NCBI GenBank assembly: GCA_964467775.1
Contig: CAYXUD010000008.1
Span: 20,951 to 84,950 of the forward strand
DNA length: 64,000 nt
Source of the DNA: an uncultured Bacteroides sp.
Lineage (GTDB): Bacteria > Bacteroidota > Bacteroidia > Bacteroidales > GCA-2748055
Reading direction: 5' to 3'
The notes beneath the pieces were generated by a model. It saw only the letters and a list, made by a program, of their open reading frames with translations. It was not told the DNA's origin and did not search any database. Positions 9,175-17,026 of this stretch are shown piece by piece (the first letter of the stretch is position 1; the number at the start of each line of letters is the position of its first letter). A program made the position numbers and the translations under genes.

Positions 9175-10452
9175 TTAACGGTTATGCTTCAGGATCAGCT
9201 TGTCGTGATCGGCATAATTCTGGTACGAGGAGACGATCACCTTCTCCCCGGGTTCAAGTCCGCTCAGTACCTCATAATACCTGGGGTTCTGCCGGCCGAT
9301 ACTGATATCGCGCTTCACCGCGAACTCCTCTGATTCATCCAGGACAAACACCCACTGCCCGCCCGTGGTCTGGTAGAACCCGCCCTTGGTGAGCAGGATC
9401 CCCTCTTTCGACTCCCCGAGCTGCAGCCTGATCCTCGAGGTCTGCCCGATACGGATCTGGTCCGGGACCTTGTCCGTGAATACCATATCCACTGAAAAGC
9501 GGCCATTCTGGACCTCCGGGTAGATCTTGGTGATCACCCCTGTATAGGGAGTGCTGGCAAAATCGCACTCCCCGTAGAGTCCCCGCTGAACCCGGGCAAT
9601 GTAGTGCTCATCAATGTCCACCCGGAGCTTGTAGGAATCGAGGATATTGATGGTGCCCACACGGGATCCGTAGGTAATCACCTCCCCGATCTCGGGATTG
9701 AGCGTGGCCAGTTCCCCGTTCACCGTGGCCTTGACGTTCAGGTTGTCAAGCCGCCTCCGGATGATCCGCATGCTCTTTTCCATGCTCTCCACGGAGGCTT
9801 CCAGGGAAATGATCTGAATGGACCTGTAGATCGAATCGGTCCGGTAATTATCAATGAGAAGCTTCAGAAGCTCCTGGGAGGTCTCGTAGGATTCCCTCGA
9901 CTGGTCGTATTCTTCCCGGGAAATGTGGTTCTGTTCAAACAGGACCCTGTTGTTGTCATACATCCGCCTGCTCTGTATCACTTTGGTCTCCAGGTCGATG
10001 ATCTGCTGTCTGTAGGTCAGAAGTCTTTGGTCCATCTGCAACCGGGCCGAGCGGACCTCGTTGATGGCCCTGACCACCTGGGCCTCGTTGTTGGTGATCT
10101 CCAGCAGCAGGTTGTCATTGCTTATCCGGAGGATCACATCCCCCTTTTCCACCATATTCCCCTCTTCGATCAGGATCTCCTCCACCCTGCCCCCTTCCAC
10201 TGCATCCAGGTAGATGGTGGTGATCGGTTCAACCGTCCCCTGCACGGTGATATAGTCCTGGAACACATCCCATTTTACCTCCTCAATGGTGATGCGTGAT
10301 ACGTCCACATTGTACTTGGAGCTTTTATCACCAAAAATAATGATCGCCACAACCGCGATCATCAGTGCTCCAAAAAGGAAGTACCAGATGTTCTTCCGGG
10401 TGATCCCCCTTTTCTTTTCCAGCTTACGGTCCATTCCGTCCAGTTCAGTCAT
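9175..10452 (-). CDS. efflux transporter periplasmic adaptor (HlyD / membrane-fusion family)
   Basis: 425 aa. One N-terminal TM helix (IWYFLFGALMIAVVAIIIFG), a lipoyl-like hairpin (GDVILRISN), a long coiled coil, then a beta-barrel region. Confidence 0.85.
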   Translation of the reverse strand: MTELDGMDRKLEKKRGITRKNIWYFLFGALMIAVVAIIIFGDKSSKYNVDVSRITIEEVKWDVFQDYITVQGTVEPITTIYLDAVEGGRVEEILIEEGNMVEKGDVILRISNDNLLLEITNNEAQVVRAINEVRSARLQMDQRLLTYRQQIIDLETKVIQSRRMYDNNRVLFEQNHISREEYDQSRESYETSQELLKLLIDNYRTDSIYRSIQIISLEASVESMEKSMRIIRRRLDNLNVKATVNGELATLNPEIGEVITYGSRVGTINILDSYKLRVDIDEHYIARVQRGLYGECDFASTPYTGVITKIYPEVQNGRFSVDMVFTDKVPDQIRIGQTSRIRLQLGESKEGILLTKGGFYQTTGGQWVFVLDESEEFAVKRDISIGRQNPRYYEVLSGLEPGEKVIVSSYQNYADHDKLILKHNR

Positions 10453-10561
10453 ATGCGCAGCTTTTTATGTTACCACAATCCCTTTCCACTATTATGCCAA
10501 AAGAAATAAAAATTTGAAAATCAATAGTTTAAAAATTTAAAAGCGTGTTGCCTCCAGGAAA

Positions 10562-10604
10562 AAGTGTTCGTTTTTGGGATTTAGGTGTACGATTTCGAAC
10601 ACTT
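10562..10604. promoter_or_regulatory. perfect 9-bp inverted repeat AAGTGTTCG-N25-CGAACACTT in the divergent intergenic region (candidate regulator binding site)
   Basis: Arms at 10562-10570 and 10596-10604 are exact reverse complements. The repeat lies between the adaptor/TolC operon and the enhancer-binding-protein gene. Confidence 0.3.
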
Positions 10605-10716
10605 CACAGGGTTCATACGTTACAATATCAGGATGAAAAGACTCTATATTAATACTTTGGACCATAAGGCACTTTTTTTGTATTTTACACCATCCAAAGA
10701 TAAATTTTGCGCAAAA

Positions 10717-12093
10717 ATGGAAGAGAAAATTGGCAGAATCCTGGCAGTGGATGACAACGAGGACATCCTCTTTGCCCTCAGGTTGTTGCTAAGGCCCCAT
10801 GTGGAGATCATTGAGACACTGACCGGTCCCGAGCGGCTGGCCGAAATGATGAGGAAGCAGGACTGGGATGTGATCCTGCTGGATATGAACTTCACCAAGG
10901 ATGCCATCAGTGGCCAGGAGGGTTTTGATGCCCTTTCTGAGATCCTGGAGATCGACCCCCATGCAGTGGTGGTGTTTATAACCGCCTACGGGGATGCCGA
11001 AAAGGCGGTGAAGGCCATCAAGATGGGAGCCACCGACTTTATCCTCAAACCCTGGCAGAATGAAAAGATCCTTGCCACCATCAATGCAGCCATCAGCCTC
11101 CGCCGGACCCGGATGCAGGCAGAGAAACTGAAGATGAAACAACAGGAGATCAGCGCGGTACTGGACCAGCCCTATACAGATTTCATCGGACAGTCGCCCG
11201 AGATGTATGATGTGTTCAACACCATCAAAAAGGTGGCCGCCACAGATGCAAACGTGCTGATCCTGGGTGAGAACGGGACCGGCAAGGAACTGGTTGCCAG
11301 GGCCCTGTACCGGAATTCCCTCCGCAAGGACGAGGTGTTTATCAGCGTTGACCTGGGATCGATCCCTGAAACACTCTTTGAGAGCGAACTGTTCGGCCAC
11401 GAGAAAGGTGCTTTCACCGATGCACATAAGATGAAACAGGGCAGGTTTGAGATCGCATCCTCCGGAACCCTCTTCCTGGATGAGATCGGGAACCTCACCT
11501 ACCCGCTGCAATCGAAGCTCCTGACCGTTCTGGAAAGAAGGGAGATCAACCGGGTGGGCTCCACCAAGCCCATCTCCATTGATGTGCGGATGATCTGTGC
11601 CACCAATAACAACATTCACCAGGATGTGGCCGAAGGAGTGTTCCGCCAGGACCTGCTCTACAGGATCAATACCGTGGAGATCCACCTGCCTGCGCTCCGG
11701 GACCGGACCGGGGACATCCCCCTGCTGGCCGATCATTTTTTAAAGATCTACAGCAGGAAATACCGGAAATCGATCCGCAACATCCAGTCATCGGCCATTA
11801 AGAAACTGAACCAGTACAGCTGGCCGGGGAATGTGAGGGAACTTCAGCACGCCATCGAAAGGGCGGTGATCATGTGCGAAGGCACCAGCCTGAGCCCTGA
11901 CGATTTCATCCTCTCCCCGTCCGTAAAAGGCAGCGGAGGACTTGAACTCGAATCCTATAACCTGGAGGAGATTGAAAGGACGATCATCGAAAAAGTGCTG
12001 AAGTCAAACCAGGGGAACGTAACCCAGGCAGCTACCCAGCTGGGCCTGACCCGTACCTCCCTGTACAGGAGAATGGAGAAACATGGTCTTTAA
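10717..12093 (+). CDS. sigma-54-dependent response regulator (NtrC-type enhancer-binding protein)
   Basis: Track ORF trimmed to MEEKIGRILAVDDNEDILF. Receiver domain (VILLDMNF), AAA+ Walker A GENGTGKE, sigma-54 contact loop GAFTDA (a GAFTGA variant), and a C-terminal Fis-type HTH (QAATQLGLTRTSLYRRMEKHGL). Confidence 0.92.
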   Translation: MEEKIGRILAVDDNEDILFALRLLLRPHVEIIETLTGPERLAEMMRKQDWDVILLDMNFTKDAISGQEGFDALSEILEIDPHAVVVFITAYGDAEKAVKAIKMGATDFILKPWQNEKILATINAAISLRRTRMQAEKLKMKQQEISAVLDQPYTDFIGQSPEMYDVFNTIKKVAATDANVLILGENGTGKELVARALYRNSLRKDEVFISVDLGSIPETLFESELFGHEKGAFTDAHKMKQGRFEIASSGTLFLDEIGNLTYPLQSKLLTVLERREINRVGSTKPISIDVRMICATNNNIHQDVAEGVFRQDLLYRINTVEIHLPALRDRTGDIPLLADHFLKIYSRKYRKSIRNIQSSAIKKLNQYSWPGNVRELQHAIERAVIMCEGTSLSPDDFILSPSVKGSGGLELESYNLEEIERTIIEKVLKSNQGNVTQAATQLGLTRTSLYRRMEKHGL

Positions 12094-13435
12094 ACAGTTC
12101 CGCTTCAATATCATCCTCAGGGTGCTGGTACTCACTGCCACCTGCCTGGCCCTGTTCATCACGCTGAACAGCACCTTCACCTTTACGCCCATCCTGGTGG
12201 CCGGACTGATCATCTACCAGGTATGGTCGCTCATCAGGTACGTGGACCGGACCAACAGGGAGCTGGCCAGCTTCCTGGAGAGCATCCGGTATTCGGAATT
12301 CACCCGCTCCTTCCACATCAGTGACACCGGCTCCTCCTTCGACGAACTCAACGCCGCCTTCAATGATGTGATGAAGGACTTCCAGCAGGTTAGGTCCGAG
12401 CGCGAGGAGCATTTCCATTACCTGCAGAACATTGTCCAGAACATTGACATCAGCATCCTGGCATACCAGCGGGACGGGACGGTGGAGATGGTCAACCCCG
12501 CAGCCAAGAAGCTGTTCCAGGTCAGTACCCTCCGGAATATCAACAAGCTCAGGGAGCTCAGCCAGGAGCTGGCCAATACCCTCCTTTCGATCAAACCCGG
12601 AGAGAACAAGCTGGTGAAGGTCCAGGATGAGGAAGATATCCTTCAGCTGGCCATCTACGCTACGGAATTCAAGGTCAAGGACAAGGTGATCCTGCTCAGC
12701 ACCGTGAAGAACATTCAGAACGTGCTGGAAGAGCAGGAGACGGCAGCATGGCAGAAGCTGATCCGCGTGCTTACCCATGAGATCATGAATTCCATCGCAC
12801 CCATCTCCTCGCTCTCCTCCACCGTGAAATCGATGGTCAATCCCTATGCCTCCGGGGAGAAGGAGGTGCATGAGATCGACATGGAAACGGTCAGCGAGAT
12901 CCAGGGGGCCCTGCAGACCATTAACAAACGGAGTACGGGACTGATGAATTTCGTGGAGACCTACCGGAGCCTGACGAAGGTCCCCGATCCCAATTTCGAG
13001 GTGGTGGCCATGAAGGATCTCATTCATAATGTTCATACGCTGATGAAAAAGGAGGTGCAGCAGAAAAACATCACGCTTTCCTCCACCCTCGAACCTGAAA
13101 CCATTGAACTGCACATCGACGAGCAGATGATCGAGCAGGTGCTGATCAACCTGGTCAAGAATTCGGTTCAGGCCCTGGACGGCTGCAGGGACGGGAGGAT
13201 CCAGATCAGGGGATTCTATAATAAGCGGGGACGGCCCTCCATCCAGGTAATTGACAACGGACAGGGTATCCTGGGGGATGTGATCGACAAGATCTTCATC
13301 CCTTTCTTCACCACCAAAAGAAGCGGATCAGGGATCGGGCTGAGCCTCTCCCGGCAGATCCTCAGGCTGCACGGAGGCACCATCACTGCCAAGTCCACTC
13401 CCAACGAGGAGACCATTTTTACCATGACTTTCTAG
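12083..13435 (+). CDS. sensor histidine kinase (two TM helices with almost no periplasmic loop, PAS, HisKA, HATPase)
   Basis: 450 aa. The start overlaps the regulator stop by 11 nt. H-box LTHEIMNSIAP, N-box LINLVKNS and G-boxes DNGQGI / GSGIGLS. The two TM helices are separated by only about 6 residues (NSTFTF). Confidence 0.9.
   Translation: MVFKQFRFNIILRVLVLTATCLALFITLNSTFTFTPILVAGLIIYQVWSLIRYVDRTNRELASFLESIRYSEFTRSFHISDTGSSFDELNAAFNDVMKDFQQVRSEREEHFHYLQNIVQNIDISILAYQRDGTVEMVNPAAKKLFQVSTLRNINKLRELSQELANTLLSIKPGENKLVKVQDEEDILQLAIYATEFKVKDKVILLSTVKNIQNVLEEQETAAWQKLIRVLTHEIMNSIAPISSLSSTVKSMVNPYASGEKEVHEIDMETVSEIQGALQTINKRSTGLMNFVETYRSLTKVPDPNFEVVAMKDLIHNVHTLMKKEVQQKNITLSSTLEPETIELHIDEQMIEQVLINLVKNSVQALDGCRDGRIQIRGFYNKRGRPSIQVIDNGQGILGDVIDKIFIPFFTTKRSGSGIGLSLSRQILRLHGGTITAKSTPNEETIFTMTF
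13375..13390 (+). promoter_or_regulatory. candidate sigma-54 (-24/-12) promoter: aGGCAC-catca-cTGCc
   Basis: GG at 13376-13377 and GC at 13388-13389 have the canonical spacing, with GGCAC and TGC matching TGGCAC-N5-TTGCW. It lies about 70 nt upstream of the ATG at 13458, inside the 3' end of the kinase gene. By my rough estimate, about 2 such 8-base matches are expected by chance in 64 kb on both strands. Confidence 0.3.
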
Positions 13436-13457
13436 CGGAAATTTCTTAAATTTCAGC

Positions 13458-15002
13458 ATGCAAAGAGCATTCAGCCTTTTCTTTCTTGCCCTGATGTCCA
13501 TCCCCCTGGATGCCCAGCTGAAAACCTGCCTCTCCCTGGAAGCAGGTCCCCACTGGAGCTTTGTCAAGGTGGATGACCCGGGTGACCGTTTCAGATCTGC
13601 CAACGTGAACAGTTCCATCGCGGGATTCACCGTGGAGCAGGAGGTGATGAAGAACCTCTCTGTGGTGACAGGCCTCTATTTCCAGTCCTACAAAACAGGC
13701 CTCAACATGATTGACGACAGGAGGCAGCAGCAGAGGCTCCACAGCCACAACGCCCTGATGATCCCCCTGAGGATCCAGTACCGGGTGCAGCCGTCGGAAT
13801 ACCCGGTAAGCTTCATTCCCAGGGTGGGATACCTGCTCAGCATGAATTCCACATCCGGGGATCTGTTCTACAACACAAGCGTGCTCTCCTCACCCGATGG
13901 CACTGCTTTCTCCTATGTCCAGGAGCAGCTCCCGGACGAGAAGAACAGGCACCTGCTTGAACTGGGAGCGGGGGTCAGCCTGAGGTTTTCCGGGCTCTGG
14001 CAGGCATCTGTAAGCCTCTCCTATATTACCGGGGTATTGAATCCCCCGGCCACTTCATTCACACTCGATTACACGGACCAGCAGGGGAATGACCGCAGCG
14101 CCGAATACAGCACGAAGGGAAACGGGATATACTCCTCACTGGCCCTTCAAATTCCGGTCAGCAGCATCTGGCAGAACAGGGACTACCGGATCCGGGCACG
14201 GATAGAGAATTCTGTTTACGAAGGCAAACCTGTTGAGAGGAAGGGACAGTTCTATGCAGGAGGTGAGTTTGGTTCCCTCTGGCGGCTGTTCCATACTACC
14301 AACCCGGCCATCGGTGCCCGCCCCATGGAGGGAAGGGGCCTGTTCCGTTACGCCAATTTCCACGCAGGTGGATATGTGGGATACATGCTCGCAAACGAGC
14401 TGGGTATGGACCTCGGGGTGAATTACCAGCGGTCGAGTACATTTTATGCGCTCATGTATGATCATCAGGTGGATTTTGTGCAGGAGACAGGGGCCCCCAT
14501 CTACCTGGAGGTTCCCCTGAGGTTCAGGTATTTCTATAATCTCTATAAGGAAAAGATCTATGCCGTTGCCTGCGCCGGCGCCTCCCTGCTGACCCATTTC
14601 TCCTCCGGCGGGTATGAGGGCCCGGGGGGTAACTTCACCTACACCTCACCCGGGTCGCAGTCGGCCGTCGATGCCACGGTATCTTCCACGCCCCTCCGCC
14701 TCTCCCGCTTCCGTCCCGTTCTCAGGCTTGGAGCCGGTGTGGAGTACCTGCTGCCCATCAGGTTCCCGCTTTTTGCAACCGGTTACATCAACTACCTGCA
14801 GGGATTCATGGCGGCCGAGGAAACCAGCATCAGCACCTCCATTCCTGAATCACCGGAAGCCAGTTCCCTGACCTACAACGGGAGCGGCTGGAGTGTTGAC
14901 CTGGGGATAAAGATCCCCTTCAGTTCCGACGACAGGGAAGACTGTGTCAAACTGCCCGTGAAGAGGGAGAAGAAAGAGAGAGGCGAAAGGAGAAGGGAGT
15001 GA
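13458..15002 (+). CDS. hypothetical outer-membrane protein with two tandem beta-barrel-like modules and a charged C-terminal tail
   Basis: 514 aa with signal peptide MQRAFSLFFLALMSIPLDAQ. Two roughly 220-aa halves of alternating beta-strand pattern end in ...LALQIPVSSIW and ...DLGIKIPF. A KRE-rich tail follows (VKLPVKREKKERGERRRE). Confidence 0.6.
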   Translation: MQRAFSLFFLALMSIPLDAQLKTCLSLEAGPHWSFVKVDDPGDRFRSANVNSSIAGFTVEQEVMKNLSVVTGLYFQSYKTGLNMIDDRRQQQRLHSHNALMIPLRIQYRVQPSEYPVSFIPRVGYLLSMNSTSGDLFYNTSVLSSPDGTAFSYVQEQLPDEKNRHLLELGAGVSLRFSGLWQASVSLSYITGVLNPPATSFTLDYTDQQGNDRSAEYSTKGNGIYSSLALQIPVSSIWQNRDYRIRARIENSVYEGKPVERKGQFYAGGEFGSLWRLFHTTNPAIGARPMEGRGLFRYANFHAGGYVGYMLANELGMDLGVNYQRSSTFYALMYDHQVDFVQETGAPIYLEVPLRFRYFYNLYKEKIYAVACAGASLLTHFSSGGYEGPGGNFTYTSPGSQSAVDATVSSTPLRLSRFRPVLRLGAGVEYLLPIRFPLFATGYINYLQGFMAAEETSISTSIPESPEASSLTYNGSGWSVDLGIKIPFSSDDREDCVKLPVKREKKERGERRRE

Positions 15003-15036
15003 GTAGTAAAGGGTTAATAAGTTAGTGGGTCAGGTG

Positions 15037-15678
15037 ATGATGCGTGTGAACTGCATAATATGGCTGCTGGCTGCCACACCGGGAACGATGCTTGCAGCCC
15101 AGGAACTCCGCGCCGGGGTGGTGGATGTGGTGGATATGCCCGCGATCATGACCGGGCAGTCAGACCCTTCCTGGTACCTGGAATTCAGGGAGGAGTGGAC
15201 CATACTCAACGAAAGGCCGGAGATCCTCAAATCGGTCAGCGGCTATACGGTTCACGACCTCCGGGATCCCCATGCAGATAAAGATTCACTGCAATCGGCC
15301 TTCGGGGCTTTCATGCGGCAGCTGCTTCTGGCAGGCGGGAACAGCCGGTTCAGGGAGATCAGCCACGAATTCCTGCTCATGGATGATCAGGATACGGCCC
15401 TGCAAATGATCCGGACAGGATTGTGCCCAATGGTGGCAGACCATTCGGCCATGGCGGACCATTATAACCTGGGTGACCAGCTTCTTTCGGTATACTTCCA
15501 CGAGGAGTGGACCGTTGACCCGGTCTCCCTTCAGATCACGAAGAAGGTCCTGGGCATCACTCCCGTGATCTGGCAGCGAAGGCAGACCGCGGAAGGTGAA
15601 CCTGTCAATGATGCCGATACAGGGCTCCCGGTCTACTATAAAATCAACCTGGAACGGATCCCGCTGCGCAACCGGTAG
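15037..15678 (+). CDS. hypothetical secreted/periplasmic protein
   Basis: Track ORF 15025 starts at GTG; trimmed to ATG (MMRVNCIIWLLAATPGTMLAAQE, a signal peptide). It carries two copies of an aromatic-x-EEWT motif (YLEFREEWTIL, VYFHEEWTVD). No family recognised. Confidence 0.55.
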   Translation: MMRVNCIIWLLAATPGTMLAAQELRAGVVDVVDMPAIMTGQSDPSWYLEFREEWTILNERPEILKSVSGYTVHDLRDPHADKDSLQSAFGAFMRQLLLAGGNSRFREISHEFLLMDDQDTALQMIRTGLCPMVADHSAMADHYNLGDQLLSVYFHEEWTVDPVSLQITKKVLGITPVIWQRRQTAEGEPVNDADTGLPVYYKINLERIPLRNR

Positions 15679-15726
15679 CCGCTTTTTTACGTCTTTATAC
15701 TGTGAACCACCTGAAACCTCGCAACC

Positions 15727-16968
15727 ATGAAAAGATACACAGTTCTCATCTCAGGATTCCTCGCAGGAATCCTGATCCTCTCCTCCTGCAACCAGGTGGA
15801 GGAGACAGGTCTTCTCAAATTCGGACTGGAGCTGTCGGATGACAGCCAGTTGAAAGCCGCCGCAGCCGATACCGAGGTGGTGGCCGCCCTGGTCACCATT
15901 CAGGATGAATACGGGATGGTGGTCTTTGACAAGGAACCCCTGGAGCTGCTGCGTTTCAGTGACCAGTTTGTCACCCGTTCCCTGCAGCTGCCGGTGGGGC
16001 AGTACACGCTCACTGAATTCATGCTGGTGGATCCCTCGGGAGAGGTACTCTGGGCAACCCCTGTAGAAGGTTCCCCGCTGGCGCACCTGGTCAGAGAACC
16101 CCTGCCGCACTTTTTCGGCATCCAACCGGATGAGACCACCAGCCTCGATATCCAGGTTGTCCGTGTGCGGGATTACACGCCGGAGGATTTCGGATACGCC
16201 CAGTTCTACATCGGTTTTGTGGACCGGTTCTGCCTGAAGGTACAGTTCGATACACCCGTTTTCCCCTGCTGGAACGACTCCCTGCCGGGCCCGGACGGGA
16301 ACTGGATGCCGTGGTACGAGCCCCGGCTGATCATTGAGGCAGGCAACCGCGTGGTGCTGGATGAGCCGCTTAACGAAGGGGAGAACCATTATCAGGTGCC
16401 TAGCGTCGGGGAGAACTACCATCTCACCGCCACCGACTGTTTTGCCCAGCCATTTTACAGGCAGATGTTCAGCCTGGATGAGCTGATGAAATTCCGGTGC
16501 CATCCTGACTTCCCGCCCCTTGTGATCTGCCCTGAGACCGATACGGGGATCATCATCACGCCCGAAGGGTTGCTGCAACCCACCATCAGGCAGGGCATAT
16601 TCGGACAGGTCACCATGCCGGTGGTGTATGACGATAATAGCGAAGGGTACGATGTATACCCGGTTGTCAGGGACATATACTTCTTCCCCTATGATGTCCT
16701 GGATTCCATATACACCTTTGCGCCCATCGACTGCTACTTCCCGATAGAGCTGGCCCACACCCCGCCGGTGGCCATCGTCCGTTCCAATTCAGATGGCTTC
16801 TTCCAGGTTCCCATGGAGGTGGGCGAATACCTCTACCTGGTGAAGGTGGAGGGCGGGTATTACATCGATGCTTACATCAGCTCCCATCTCCCCGGCTTTG
16901 TGGCGGTCTTCCCCGATAAGGTGACAGAACTATCGATCCATCTGATCGACTGCTCCCTGTGGATGTAA
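15727..16968 (+). CDS. hypothetical lipoprotein
   Basis: 413 aa with lipobox ILSSC. N-terminal Ig-like beta region, a Cys-rich middle, and a C-terminal carboxypeptidase-regulatory-like segment (GIFGQVT...SNSDGFFQVPMEVGEYLYLVKVEGGYY). Confidence 0.55.
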   Translation: MKRYTVLISGFLAGILILSSCNQVEETGLLKFGLELSDDSQLKAAAADTEVVAALVTIQDEYGMVVFDKEPLELLRFSDQFVTRSLQLPVGQYTLTEFMLVDPSGEVLWATPVEGSPLAHLVREPLPHFFGIQPDETTSLDIQVVRVRDYTPEDFGYAQFYIGFVDRFCLKVQFDTPVFPCWNDSLPGPDGNWMPWYEPRLIIEAGNRVVLDEPLNEGENHYQVPSVGENYHLTATDCFAQPFYRQMFSLDELMKFRCHPDFPPLVICPETDTGIIITPEGLLQPTIRQGIFGQVTMPVVYDDNSEGYDVYPVVRDIYFFPYDVLDSIYTFAPIDCYFPIELAHTPPVAIVRSNSDGFFQVPMEVGEYLYLVKVEGGYYIDAYISSHLPGFVAVFPDKVTELSIHLIDCSLWM

Positions 16969-16988
16969 CCGGCAGGTCTCGCCCATTT

Positions 16989-17026
16989 GGCGGGTTTTCC
17001 TATCTTTGGGGAAACCCGCCTTTTAT
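16989..17026 (+). terminator. intrinsic terminator
   Basis: GGCGGGTTTTCC - loop - GGGAAACCCGCC, with a perfect 9-bp core GGCGGGTTT/AAACCCGCC, followed by TTTTAT. It starts 21 nt after the lipoprotein stop. Confidence 0.8.

Noticed and set aside
10480-10499. Sigma-54 promoter near-misses in the divergent intergenic region. These are minus-strand TGGCAT-AATAG-TGGAA upstream of the adaptor gene, and plus-strand AGGCAC-TTTTT-TTGTA at 10667-10682 upstream of the regulator gene.
   Set aside because: Both lack the near-invariant GC of the -12 element (GA and GT instead). A position-by-position scan of 10453-10716 found no GG-N10-GC with correct spacing on either strand. The 10667-10682 site is better read as the -33 TTTG of an ordinary promoter.
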